64,000 nt of DNA, from positions 354-64,353 of the forward strand of contig JAGGTI010000105.1 of assembly GCA_021163775.1 (NCBI GenBank), written 5' to 3'. The position numbers were made by a program, and so were the translations under genes. Below are positions 29,886 to 39,643 of this stretch, piece after piece. The notes beneath the pieces are model-generated. The model worked only from the letters and a program-made list of their open reading frames with translations. It ran no database searches and was not told where the DNA came from. This DNA comes from Candidatus Zixiibacteriota bacterium. GTDB lineage: Bacteria; Zixibacteria; MSB-5A5; GN15; FEB-12. Numbering within the stretch: the first letter of the stretch is position 1; every line of letters begins with the position of its first letter.

Positions 29886-30692
29886 TTAGTTGTCGGCGCT
29901 CAGGATGATCGGCATAGACTGGGACGAATTGCCGACCACGATGATTTTCGAATTAGGCGACGATGCCAGTTTCTCGGTCGCTTCGATCCCTTTCCACTTG
30001 AGATAAGACGGCGTAATACCAGCCGCCACGATCTTCTGGAAATCGGCGATACCCTTGGCTTCAATCCGTTTGCGTTCGGCCTCAAGTCGCTCTTTCTCAA
30101 TCGTAAACTTCATCTTCTGAGCTTCCTGGTCGGCGGCCAGCTTGAAATTGATTGCCTCCGATATCTTAGCCGGAATCTGAACATCGCGGATTAACACACT
30201 CTTAATGACAATCCAACTCTTGACCGCTTCGGCGATCAGATCGGTCTGAATTGCGGTGGCAACCTCTTCCCGCTTAGTTGAGTACAACTCTTCCGGCTTG
30301 TAGCGACCGGCTACCGCTCGAGCGATACCACGTATATTGGGAGCAACAATATCAGAGTAGTAGTTCTCACCCACCATTACCTGGAGCGAATCGAGTCTGG
30401 CCGCCAGCGGATGATACAAAATCGACACTTGAATGCGAATGGTAGCACCGTCCGACGACAGCACGGTCAGGTCTTCTTTTCGCTCCTGAATCTGAGTCCG
30501 GTATACAATCACCTTGTTCCAGGGAAAGTGCCAGTTGAATCCTTCGCTATAAATGTTCCCGAACTCGGTACCGCCGCCGAAGGTATTGAAGAAAACACCA
30601 CGGTGGCCCGATGGCACCTGCGTACCACAACCCACCATAGTCAGTGCCGCAATGGCCAACAGCAACAACGGCATGCCCTTAATCTTGCTCAT
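29886..30692 (-). CDS. SPFH/band-7 (prohibitin-like) lipoprotein.
   Basis: 268 aa with lipobox LTMVGC. The SPFH core runs GHRGVFFNTFGG...LSSDGATIRIQVSILY...VLIRDVQIP, followed by a coiled-coil tail. Confidence 0.85.
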   Translation of the reverse strand: MSKIKGMPLLLLAIAALTMVGCGTQVPSGHRGVFFNTFGGGTEFGNIYSEGFNWHFPWNKVIVYRTQIQERKEDLTVLSSDGATIRIQVSILYHPLAARLDSLQVMVGENYYSDIVAPNIRGIARAVAGRYKPEELYSTKREEVATAIQTDLIAEAVKSWIVIKSVLIRDVQIPAKISEAINFKLAADQEAQKMKFTIEKERLEAERKRIEAKGIADFQKIVAAGITPSYLKWKGIEATEKLASSPNSKIIVVGNSSQSMPIILSADN

Positions 30693-30833
30693 AATCTTTT
30701 CTCCTCCATATAAGCTTTACGATCCTTGTATCCAACGCATCAGTATAAGTACCCTCAGAATCGAGTGTAATTCAAGCAAAATCTGGCATAATTCAAACAA
30801 AAAAAGGGCCGAGAATAACGAGGGAACCGCAGA

Positions 30834-31742
30834 CTACCAGCGATACGGCACGACAAACGCACCACGAGCCGGAAAAGATGGTTCGATAAGATACTGAATG
30901 AACACCAGATTAAACAGGCGAGGGTTACCGGTAACAGTCTCGTATGAGAGGCTGTCGATGAATTCAATATTATCATAGCGGTACATGGCCCGAGTAAACG
31001 AACCACTTGGGTCATAGTCGGAGATCAACTGAAAGGTCGGCTGTACAGCGGAAGCTTTCCGCGCTGTGACACGCAGACGATTTCCCTGCAAAACGGTATC
31101 CATCTCGGCCAAACGAATGTACGATATCCTCGGTATATACGATGAGTTGGAACGGGGCTCGTCCGGATAAAGCCCCATATCACCCCTAAACCCAACCCCA
31201 GAAGAACTCACCAGCTCAACACTCAGGGGGGGAGAGATCGAACCGACCCCATTGAAACCGTAAAGCACCCAGCCAACAAAAGGACGACTGTCGCTTCCAA
31301 GCTTGAGGAAAAAGCCAAATCGATCAAGAGACATTTCGGTGGTATCGTACAACACTGTATCGCTGTAAGTACGTGACACCTGGACAGTAAAACGGTCCTG
31401 AACCCGCACCATCGCTTCACGTACGAGGCCAATAGGGCTACCGTGGTCAACATACACCTGGGACTGATCAGCATCAAGAGGAACCAGAAAGGTCTCAGTT
31501 CCACGAGTGTGACCAATCAGGCTGTCACGAAACTGGCCACTGTCAAAGGAGAAACGATAGGGGTCGGAATTGATCAAACCAGTTGTCCTAAACAATTCTC
31601 GGGCATCTTCAGATTCGCTGACGTAGCGAATCAACTCGTCGGCGTCGACTATATAGGGGACCTCTTTATCGTCACAGCCAACCATGGTCGCCACAACTAC
31701 TGCCAGAACACTCAGAATTAGATATATTTTCACCGGTTTCAT
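30834..31742 (-). CDS. Lipoprotein of unknown function.
   Basis: 302 aa with signal peptide plus lipobox (LAVVVATMVGC). The mature part is beta-rich with no recognised motif. Confidence 0.5.
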   Translation of the reverse strand: MKPVKIYLILSVLAVVVATMVGCDDKEVPYIVDADELIRYVSESEDARELFRTTGLINSDPYRFSFDSGQFRDSLIGHTRGTETFLVPLDADQSQVYVDHGSPIGLVREAMVRVQDRFTVQVSRTYSDTVLYDTTEMSLDRFGFFLKLGSDSRPFVGWVLYGFNGVGSISPPLSVELVSSSGVGFRGDMGLYPDEPRSNSSYIPRISYIRLAEMDTVLQGNRLRVTARKASAVQPTFQLISDYDPSGSFTRAMYRYDNIEFIDSLSYETVTGNPRLFNLVFIQYLIEPSFPARGAFVVPYRW

Positions 31743-31780
31743 ACTCTCATCGCCTTATGACATTATATAGAATATAGACT

Positions 31781-33847
31781 TCATTTCGACCGCTTTGTTT
31801 TGTCGAATTTCAGCTTCTTCTGCAACTCATCAACCTCGTTACGAATCAGAATCGCGGTCTCAAAGTCAAGGTTTTCGGCGGCGTTTTTCATGGTTCGGGC
31901 CAGAAACACCAATTGATCCTCGGATGACATCAGTTCAAACCCGCTCGGTCTCTCAAATCCGGGATCCTCAGCCGTCTTGCTGTCGGCGAACTGGGTCGAG
32001 CGAAGAATTTCATCCCTGGTCTTAAACACCGTTTGTGGGTCAATACCATGCTCTTCGTTGAACTCCTGTTGCTTAATACGGCGACGTGCGGTTTCATCAA
32101 TAGCCTTCCGCATTGAATCAGTAATCTTGTTGGCATAGAAAATAACCTCGCCGTTCCGATTACGAGCGGCACGTCCAGCAGTCTGAATAAGTGACCGGGC
32201 CGACCTCAGAAAGCCCTCTTTGTCAGCATCCAAAATCGCCACCAATGACACCTCGGGAAGATCAAGACCTTCCCTCAGCAGGTTGACTCCGACCAGACAA
32301 TCGTAACTACGCAACCGGAGGTCACGGATAAGCTCGGTCCTATCAATCGTCTTCACTTCACTATGGAGATACCGCACCCGAACACCCATCTTGTGGAGAT
32401 AGTCGGTTAGGTCTTCGCTCATCCGCTTGGTCAGGGTAGTAACTAAAATCCGTTCGCCGCGTTCGGCTCGCACCTTCACCTGTTCCAAAAGATCATCGAC
32501 CTGGGTCGCCAGCGGTTTGACCGTGATAACCGGATCGAGCAGACCGGTTGGACGGATGACCTGTTCGACAATCACCCCCTCGGATTTCTCCAGTTCGTAG
32601 TCGGCTGGTGTAGCCGAGACGTAGATGACATTCTTCTGAAGTGACTCAAACTCCTCAAAAAACAGCGGACGGTTGTCCAGTGCTGACGGAAGCCGGAAAC
32701 CGTGATTCACCAGAACTTCCTTACGACTGCGATCGCCCGCAAACATGCCGCGAATCTGCGGGATGGACTGGTGCGACTCGTCAATAATAGTCACGAAATC
32801 GTCACCCAGGAAATCTATCAGACATTTGGGGCGTTCACCCTCCTCCCGACCGGTCAAATAGCGGGAATAGTTCTCGACCCCGGAGCAATAGCCTATTTCC
32901 TTGAGCATCTCCAGATCGTACTTGGTTCGCATTTCGAGACGCTGAGCTTCAACCAGCTTATCTTCACGGCGAAAAACCTCCAGTTGAGCGGCTAATTCCT
33001 TCTCTATCTTCCGGATCGATTGCTGGAGTATAGCCCGTGAAGTAACAAAGTGCTTGGCCGGAAAAATAGCTATGTTTGGTCGCTCAGAAAGAACCTCACC
33101 GGTCAGCGGGTCAATCTCGGCAATCCGTTCGAGTTCATCGCCGAAAAACTCAAATCGAAAAGCGGTCTCCTGGTACGATGGGATTAATTCTATGGTATCG
33201 CCCCGTACCCGAAAATTGCCTCGGCTGAAATCAACATCATTGCGGTTGTAATGAATCGCAATCAGGCTACGGATAACCTCATCCCGATCCATCTCGGTGC
33301 CGGTCTCAAACATGAGCATCTGCTTGCGATATTCCTCAGGGGAACCGATACCGTAGATGCAGGAGACCGAAGCTACAATGATAACATCCTGTCGTTGTAA
33401 CAGTGAGGCGGTAGCTCGAAGCCGGAGGCGGTCGATATCCTCGTTTAGCTGGGTGTCTTTTTCTATGAATGTGTCGGTGGTCGGAAGATACGCTTCCGGC
33501 TGATAATAGTCGTAGTAACTGATGAAGAACTCGACCGCGTTATTAGGGAAAAACGATCTCAACTCGCCGTAGAGCTGGGCCGCCAGAGTTTTGTTGTGAG
33601 AGATCACCAGCGCCGGTCTGCCATATTGAGCGATCACATTGGCAATCGTGAAAGTCTTACCTGAACCGGTCACCCCCAAAAGGGTCTGGTGGGGTCGATT
33701 GGATCGCAACCCCTCCAGCAGTTCGGCAATCGCCTGCGGCTGATCGCCTTTCGGCTCATACGTGGATTTGAGCCGGAAAACAGGCTTGGCCTGGTGATCA
33801 GATTCGGGTTGGGCGGGTGATTGGCTGGCTGGCTGGGACAACGACAT
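31781..33847 (-). CDS. uvrB: Excinuclease ABC subunit B.
   Basis: 688 aa with Walker A GVTGSGKTFT, DESH box IIDESHQSIPQ, helicase motif VI QTAGRAARN and the C-terminal UVR motif (LDFETAILIRNEVDELQ). Confidence 0.95.
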   Translation of the reverse strand: MSLSQPASQSPAQPESDHQAKPVFRLKSTYEPKGDQPQAIAELLEGLRSNRPHQTLLGVTGSGKTFTIANVIAQYGRPALVISHNKTLAAQLYGELRSFFPNNAVEFFISYYDYYQPEAYLPTTDTFIEKDTQLNEDIDRLRLRATASLLQRQDVIIVASVSCIYGIGSPEEYRKQMLMFETGTEMDRDEVIRSLIAIHYNRNDVDFSRGNFRVRGDTIELIPSYQETAFRFEFFGDELERIAEIDPLTGEVLSERPNIAIFPAKHFVTSRAILQQSIRKIEKELAAQLEVFRREDKLVEAQRLEMRTKYDLEMLKEIGYCSGVENYSRYLTGREEGERPKCLIDFLGDDFVTIIDESHQSIPQIRGMFAGDRSRKEVLVNHGFRLPSALDNRPLFFEEFESLQKNVIYVSATPADYELEKSEGVIVEQVIRPTGLLDPVITVKPLATQVDDLLEQVKVRAERGERILVTTLTKRMSEDLTDYLHKMGVRVRYLHSEVKTIDRTELIRDLRLRSYDCLVGVNLLREGLDLPEVSLVAILDADKEGFLRSARSLIQTAGRAARNRNGEVIFYANKITDSMRKAIDETARRRIKQQEFNEEHGIDPQTVFKTRDEILRSTQFADSKTAEDPGFERPSGFELMSSEDQLVFLARTMKNAAENLDFETAILIRNEVDELQKKLKFDKTKRSK

Positions 33848-33864
33848 TTCCTCTCACAAGCTCT

Positions 33865-34061
33865 TGTAGGGCAGAAGCCCTTAGCGCTTCTGCCATAATT
33901 CTTGACAAAACCGTAGGTCGGGCCTACTTGAGGCCCGACATATTCTATGTCACGCCCCGAGTAGGAGTGACCTACCTGGTACTACTCAAGTATAGTAGTA
34001 TATTATATTGTGCCCGGCAGATGTCCACATCTGCCGGATGTCAGGTTGCAAGCAACCTGAC
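33865..34061. repeat. Cluster of GC-rich hairpins (REP-like) in the uvrB/rplU divergent intergenic region.
   Basis: GGCAGAAGC-ccttagc-GCTTCTGCC at 33870..33894; GTCGGGCCT-acttg-AGGCCCGAC at 33917..33939; CCGGCAGATG-tcca-CATCTGCCGG at 34014..34037; GTCAGGTTGC-aa-GCAACCTGAC at 34040..34061. Several are flanked by gtag / ctac. Confidence 0.75.
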
Positions 34062-34228
34062 CTACACAAATGCAGTTTAGTAGTATACGCCCGATACCCG
34101 AGCCGGGGCAACCGGATTTCAGCAAATGTGACCCCAATTGCGCCATTTGAACTTGGAACCCAATCCAAACTGGGATGTGTAATGGAAAATAAGGCAACGT
34201 GTTGTAATCGGATGTTACAAGATTGAAC

Positions 34229-34256
34229 TTGACTTAGTCACCATATGAGTTACTAT
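34229..34256 (+). promoter_or_regulatory. Candidate sigma70-type promoter for rplU.
   Basis: TTGACT at 34229..34234, a 16-nt spacer, then TACTAT at 34251..34256, about 50 nt upstream of the rplU start. Pattern match only. Confidence 0.35.
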
Positions 34257-34304
34257 TTGAAGCTTGTTTCGAAACTGACAAAGTTAACTTGACCTATTGA
34301 AAGG

Positions 34305-34628
34305 ATGGCTATGCAGGCCGTTTTTCAACTATCCGGATTTCAGTTCGACGTCGAAGAAGGCGAAGTACTGAAAGTCCCACGCCAGAAGGCAAAAGTCGGC
34401 GATTCATTTGATATCGACGAAATCCTTCTTGTAAAAGACAAAGAAACCACCACGATCGGTACTCCCATCGTTGAAGGTGCTAAAATCGAAGCTGAATTGT
34501 TAGGCAACGGCCGGTCCGATAAAGTGACTGTGTTCAAATTCAAGCGGCGGACTAAGTACCGACGCACCAATGGTCACACTCAGGACTATTCCGAAATTAA
34601 GATCAAGAAGATCGTGATCCCTAACTGA
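34305..34628 (+). CDS. rplU: 50S ribosomal protein L21.
   Basis: 107 aa with the typical L21 sequence (FQLSGFQFDVEEGEVLKV..., KVTVFKFKRRTKYRRTNGHTQ). The start could be the second Met, at 34311. Confidence 0.9.
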   Translation: MAMQAVFQLSGFQFDVEEGEVLKVPRQKAKVGDSFDIDEILLVKDKETTTIGTPIVEGAKIEAELLGNGRSDKVTVFKFKRRTKYRRTNGHTQDYSEIKIKKIVIPN

Positions 34629-34645
34629 ATCGGGAGGATAACCGC

Positions 34646-37147
34646 GTGAGCTTCAGAGCTAGGACGGCTCTCCTTATCGTGCTACTGTCAATGGCAGTCA
34701 CTGTGTCGGTGTCTGCCCAAATCGAGTACTCGGTGGTGGAGCTTGAAGTCGTAGGTAACCGGGTCGCCACCAACTCGTTGATATTAGGGGTTGCATCTAT
34801 TAACAAGGGCGCCGCCCTTACACCGGCTGTCATCCAAAACACGATTCACAGACTCTACGGTCTGGGGATTTTCCGCGATGTGCGTATTAACGCCGAAGAA
34901 GTCCCCGGCGGACTGAAGGTTTATATTATTGTCGAGGAGCTACCCAAACTGGTCGGGCTGGAGTTCTCCGGTAACAAGAAGATCAGTTCCGATGACCTCA
35001 AGAAAGATCTCGGCTTGGGCGTTGGTGGTTATATCTCACCTTTCCTGACTCACCAGAAAAAACAGAAGATTCTCGATAAATACGCGGAAAAAGGGTATTT
35101 CCAGGCAACAGTCGAACCGGAATTGACCTACAACGAAGACTCCACTGAAGCTTCGCTGAGTTACAAAATTGATGAAAAATCGAAGGTCAAGGTTGAGAAA
35201 GTCATCATAACCGGCAACTCCCAGGTGGAAGCGAACGACCTGATCAAGAAAATGCGTAACCGCAAACGGGGATTCCTGAAAAGCTCCACCTTCGCCCAAG
35301 AGAAGTTCGCCGAGGACAAAGAGAAAATTATCACTGAATATCACAAGAAAGGGTTCATTGACGCTTTCTTGATTTCGGATTCGATGACAATCGACACCGC
35401 CACCAATCGAATGACTATTTTTCTCGATGTCTACGAAGGCCCCCGATATTACTTTGGGAATGCTACTTTTGAAGGCACCGAAGTCCTGCCGGCCGATTTT
35501 CTCGCCACGGTGCTCAAACACAAAGCGGGCGAGCCATTCAATTCTGAAGATTACGACGAATCGCTCTATGAGTTATATTCGGCTTACCAGGAAATCGGCC
35601 ACCTGCACATCAGGGTGATTGACGAACGCACGACCCGCGCTGACTCTATTATTGATGTCAATTATCTCATCTCGGAGGGTCAGCCGTCACATATCAACCT
35701 GGTTAATATCGTCGGCAACACCAAGACCAAAGAGAAAGTGATTCGGCGTGAGATTCCAGTCCGACCGGGTCAGGTTTTCAACCGATCGCTTCTCATCCGT
35801 TCGGTTCGCGAAGTAATGGCGCTCAACTTCTTCACCAACGTCGAACCGGTCCCGCTCAATCTTCCCAACGGCGATGTCGATCTGGAATTCCGCGTAGAAG
35901 AAAAACAGACCGGGCAGATTTCTGCCGGCGCCGGGTACAACAGCCAGGATAAAATGGTCGGCACGGTCGGGATGGGTATCCCGAATTTCCGTGGTAATGG
36001 CCAAAATCTGTCATTCAATGTCGACTTTGGTAGTCGGCGCAACTCATTTTCAGTGTCGTTCACCGAACCGTGGATGTTTGGCCGTCCGACTCTCCTGGGC
36101 ATAGATGTTTTTGCCCTGAATCGTACCTGGTACTCCGACTATACCGAGGCCCGACGAGGCGGTTCGCTTCGCTTGGGACGAAGACTACGCTGGCCGGATA
36201 ACTACTTCAGAATGTACGTTTCCTACCGACTGGAACGAAACCGGTTCTACGATTATGATGACAACTTTGAGGCGCTCAATTCCAGTAACACGGCCTATCG
36301 CTACCGCTGGACCGAAGTATCCGACAGCTCAACTATTGAAAACAGGTATTTAGATTCCACCCATGTCGGCGAGCCTCTCCCCGGCTCAATTGTAGCCTAT
36401 AATGAAGAGTGGAATACGGCGTCCAGGGTATCATTTAATATTATTCGTGACTCCCGTAACCTTCCGGAGTTTGCCACAAAAGGTTCTATCATATCTTACA
36501 GCTACGAAAAGACCGGCGGCTTCTTAGGCGGGTTCTGGAGCTATCAGAAACACCGTATCAAATTGGCCAAGTTTATCCCCCTGATCGGCAACCTTGCCCT
36601 GGCAACACGGGTTGAGTACGGCGCACTGATAGGACGGACTGACGATCCTCGTGATCGGCGGATTCTGGTCTCTGAGCGCTTCAATCCGGGTGGCACCGCC
36701 TTTGATGGCACCGTGCGCGGTTATGAGGACGGTACGCTGACGCCAGATTCATTAGTTTATGGCTCTGACACGGTGTTGTACTACTACACGGACCCTGACT
36801 TGGCCGACCATTCTCAGGGCGGCCAAGATTCTATTTATATTAGCCCCGGTTTTAGTACCCGGGTACGCGGCAAATATATGTTAATCGCCAATGCCGAGTT
36901 GCAATTCCCTGTAGTTCCAAATCAGATCTACGCACTACTTTTTCTTGATGCCGGCAACTCCTGGTTGCATCTTCACGATGTGAAACCAATAACTGGACTG
37001 TATAAAGGTTACGGTATCGGTTTCCGGATCGCTGTGCCGGGAATCGGGACAATCGGATTTGACTTTGCCAAGCCGATGGATGACCCTCCAGACGGTAGTG
37101 ACCGAAGCTGGAAACCGCACTTCCAGATTGGTACAACAATACGATAA
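34646..37147 (+). CDS. bamA: Outer membrane protein assembly factor BamA.
   Basis: 833 aa, GTG start, signal peptide ...VSVSAQ. POTRA repeats (for example VNIVGNTKTKEKVIRREIPVRPGQVFN) are followed by an Omp85 barrel with FNPGGTAFDGTVRGYEDGTL. Confidence 0.9.
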   Translation: MSFRARTALLIVLLSMAVTVSVSAQIEYSVVELEVVGNRVATNSLILGVASINKGAALTPAVIQNTIHRLYGLGIFRDVRINAEEVPGGLKVYIIVEELPKLVGLEFSGNKKISSDDLKKDLGLGVGGYISPFLTHQKKQKILDKYAEKGYFQATVEPELTYNEDSTEASLSYKIDEKSKVKVEKVIITGNSQVEANDLIKKMRNRKRGFLKSSTFAQEKFAEDKEKIITEYHKKGFIDAFLISDSMTIDTATNRMTIFLDVYEGPRYYFGNATFEGTEVLPADFLATVLKHKAGEPFNSEDYDESLYELYSAYQEIGHLHIRVIDERTTRADSIIDVNYLISEGQPSHINLVNIVGNTKTKEKVIRREIPVRPGQVFNRSLLIRSVREVMALNFFTNVEPVPLNLPNGDVDLEFRVEEKQTGQISAGAGYNSQDKMVGTVGMGIPNFRGNGQNLSFNVDFGSRRNSFSVSFTEPWMFGRPTLLGIDVFALNRTWYSDYTEARRGGSLRLGRRLRWPDNYFRMYVSYRLERNRFYDYDDNFEALNSSNTAYRYRWTEVSDSSTIENRYLDSTHVGEPLPGSIVAYNEEWNTASRVSFNIIRDSRNLPEFATKGSIISYSYEKTGGFLGGFWSYQKHRIKLAKFIPLIGNLALATRVEYGALIGRTDDPRDRRILVSERFNPGGTAFDGTVRGYEDGTLTPDSLVYGSDTVLYYYTDPDLADHSQGGQDSIYISPGFSTRVRGKYMLIANAELQFPVVPNQIYALLFLDAGNSWLHLHDVKPITGLYKGYGIGFRIAVPGIGTIGFDFAKPMDDPPDGSDRSWKPHFQIGTTIR

Positions 37148-37174
37148 TTTGAATATTATAAAGGAGTAGTTCGC

Positions 37175-37711
37175 ATGCGTGCCCTAACAAAGATCATTTT
37201 CACTCTCCTGTCGCTGGTTCCTCTGCTGGCACTGTTTGGGGATGCCTCACATGCCCAGGGAGTCAAAATCGGCTTTATCAACGATGAACAGATCAAAGAG
37301 TCTTATCCCGAATGGGTCCGTGCCCAGGAACAGATGGAAATCGAGATGAAAGCCTGGGACGATGAGGCCACAACCAAACAGGCCGAGTTGGAAGAACTCG
37401 TAACAGAATACGAGAAACAGAAACTAATCCTCTCGGACGAAAAAAAGCGCGAGCGTGAAGCGGCTATTCGAGCCAAAAAAGAAGGATTAGACGCCTACAC
37501 CCGTCAGGTTTACGGACCGGGCGGCACTGCCGAGCGGAAACAGATGGATCTGATCTCCCCCCTGCTGGAGCGAGTCAATAACGCTATTCAGTTGGTGGCC
37601 GAAGAGAACGGCTTTGATGTAATTTTCACACTTCAATCGGGACTGGGCTATATTAAGCCTACTCTGGATGTTACTGACAAGGTACTCAACAAACTTGAGA
37701 AACTCGAGTAA
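37175..37711 (+). CDS. skp: OmpH/Skp-family periplasmic chaperone.
   Basis: 178 aa with a signal peptide and a Lys/Glu-rich coiled-coil core. Occupies the conserved position between bamA and lpxD. Confidence 0.8.
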   Translation: MRALTKIIFTLLSLVPLLALFGDASHAQGVKIGFINDEQIKESYPEWVRAQEQMEIEMKAWDDEATTKQAELEELVTEYEKQKLILSDEKKREREAAIRAKKEGLDAYTRQVYGPGGTAERKQMDLISPLLERVNNAIQLVAEENGFDVIFTLQSGLGYIKPTLDVTDKVLNKLEKLE

Positions 37712-38729
37712 CAAACCGGAACACCAGCTATCCGAAATAGCAACTCTGGTCGGTGGTACGATCGAAGGCAACCCGCAAACTGTCATTCGATCGGCCGCCC
37801 CAATCCAGAATGCCGGCCCCGACGATCTCAGCTTTGTCGCCAACTCCAAGTATTTAGATTTTATCGCCACAACTAAAGCAGGAGCACTTGTCCTGGCACC
37901 GGGGATTGAGTGTGACCACCTGCCTGTTATCAGGCACGAGAATCCATACCTCGCTTTCGCCACGGCGCTTGATCTGCTGTATCCCGATGAACCAATGATC
38001 CCCGAAGGAACCGATGCCTCGGCGATCACAAGCGAATTATGCGAAATCGACCCAACAGTCCGAATAGGCCCACTCTGCATCGTTGGCCGGGGTAGCCGAC
38101 TGGGAGCGAACAGTCAATTGGTCAGCTCGGTGCATATCGGCGATGATGTGCATATCGGTGAAGACTGTCTCTTGTATCCCGGCGTGAAGATTATGAACGG
38201 TTGCCGAATCGGTGACCGGGTCATACTTCATGCCGGTGTGGTAATCGGCTCCGATGGTTTCGGCTTTGCTGAGTCCCCTGCCGGGCTGAAAAAAATCAAA
38301 CAAGTCGGGTGGGTGGAAATTGCCGATGATGTCGAGATCGGCACCAACACCACTATCGACCGGGGCGCCCTTGGCCCAACTCGAATCGGTCGCGGCACTA
38401 AGATCGACAATTTGGTGCAAATAGCGCACAATGTCGAGATCGGTGAAAATTCAATTATTGTGGCCCAGGTTGGTATTTCCGGCTCGACCAAACTTGGTAA
38501 CGGGGTGGTGCTGGGCGGACAGGTTGGACTGGTCGGCCATATTGAGGTCGGTGACGGGGTCAAGGTGGGGGCTCAGTCCGGCGTATCCAAATCGATCCCG
38601 GCAGGGAAGGTGATGTTCGGTTATCCGGCGCGGGACATCAAGGATACCATGCGAATCGAAGCCTCGCTGGTGCGCCTCCCTGAACTGCTCAAACGGGTGC
38701 GCAAAATCGAAAAGAAACAAGACGATTGA
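37668..38729 (+). CDS. lpxD: UDP-3-O-acylglucosamine N-acyltransferase.
   Basis: N-terminal LSEIATLVGGTIEGNPQ, then a long left-handed beta-helix of hexapeptide repeats (IGDDVHIGEDCLLYPGVKI...). The 44-nt overlap with skp suggests a later start such as TTG 37695. Confidence 0.9.
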   Translation: MLLTRYSTNLRNSSNKPEHQLSEIATLVGGTIEGNPQTVIRSAAPIQNAGPDDLSFVANSKYLDFIATTKAGALVLAPGIECDHLPVIRHENPYLAFATALDLLYPDEPMIPEGTDASAITSELCEIDPTVRIGPLCIVGRGSRLGANSQLVSSVHIGDDVHIGEDCLLYPGVKIMNGCRIGDRVILHAGVVIGSDGFGFAESPAGLKKIKQVGWVEIADDVEIGTNTTIDRGALGPTRIGRGTKIDNLVQIAHNVEIGENSIIVAQVGISGSTKLGNGVVLGGQVGLVGHIEVGDGVKVGAQSGVSKSIPAGKVMFGYPARDIKDTMRIEASLVRLPELLKRVRKIEKKQDD

Positions 38730-39320
38730 TCAGCAGGTCAACTGCTGTTCGATCTCGGCGATACGATCCCAATTCTGCTCCATTTCAGCAACAAAACGCA
38801 ACGCCTGCTCGGTGTCGTTTTCTTCGACTGCCTGGCGTATACGACACAGCACACCCCACTGCTGACGATTGACAACTTTCCAGTGGGCAATCTGATCACC
38901 CAGGTTACCAGCGGCGGCATTAAAAGCGATCCCAACCTCCTTGAGCGGATTATCACCATCAAGGCGGATTCGTGCTGTCAGGTCGCCGTCACTGATATCC
39001 CGAAGCTTGTAGATTATCTGTTCGGCAGGTGCGGCCACTTTGGTGGCAGGCAGAATAGTCAAAACACCGATAGCCGTAATGGTAGCAATAACCGCCGAAA
39101 TCATGTACGGCATAAGCGTCATCGCCGCAAACTCAAACCCGACAGCCGAGTCAACCTCCATCATTTCGTTAACACCACGCTCATAGAAAGCTATAATAGC
39201 GGCAGAAGCCATAATTGCGGCCAAACCCATGAAAGCCGCTTTACGATAGAGCCGCGCCTTGTCCAGAACCGATCCAGTTGATAACGTCGCTGTAGCCATA
39301 AATAGCTTCTCCTCTTGCAA
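38730..39320 (-). CDS. Small membrane protein with a HAMP-like linker.
   Basis: 196 aa with two TM helices, then PAEQIIYKLRDISDGDLTARIRLDGDNPLKEVGIAFNAAAGNL (HAMP-like). Its stop codon directly abuts the lpxD stop. Confidence 0.45.
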   Translation of the reverse strand: MQEEKLFMATATLSTGSVLDKARLYRKAAFMGLAAIMASAAIIAFYERGVNEMMEVDSAVGFEFAAMTLMPYMISAVIATITAIGVLTILPATKVAAPAEQIIYKLRDISDGDLTARIRLDGDNPLKEVGIAFNAAAGNLGDQIAHWKVVNRQQWGVLCRIRQAVEENDTEQALRFVAEMEQNWDRIAEIEQQLTC

Positions 39321-39593
39321 TTCAAATCAATAGATAAAACAGCTATTGCAAACGGTGGGCCAATTCGTAGCCAATAGGTAAGTCGTGCTATGGGCGGGGG
39401 TTACGCACTCTTATAAAAGTGTTACGCAATAGCACGTGATCAGATTTGTCTCAACTTGAAACAGCGTTGCTTAGGAACTGAACATTGGCCAGCAGTCAGA
39501 CCTCTGCATCCACTCGTCACCCATAACAATTCGGGTCAAGTCCAGCTTGAATTTAGTCCAAAATCTGACATTTTGTGTGCATTCACCCAACAG

Positions 39594-39619
39594 AAAAAGG
39601 CCCTACGAATAGGGCCTTT
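39594..39619 (-). terminator. Rho-independent terminator of ssb.
   Basis: On the minus-strand RNA this reads AAAGGCCCU-auucgu-AGGGCCUUU followed by UUCUGUUGG. It lies 25 nt after the ssb stop. Confidence 0.75.
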
Positions 39620-39643
39620 ACGTGTCAATTGTACGACGCCCGA

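Noticed and set aside
33865-34061. Possible CRISPR array, considered for all three hairpin clusters.
   Set aside because: The palindromes differ in sequence, have irregular spacing and have no repeat-spacer periodicity. No cas genes are present.
37487-38080. 197-aa minus-strand ORF across the skp/lpxD junction.
   Set aside because: It is antisense to two well-supported genes and has no motifs.
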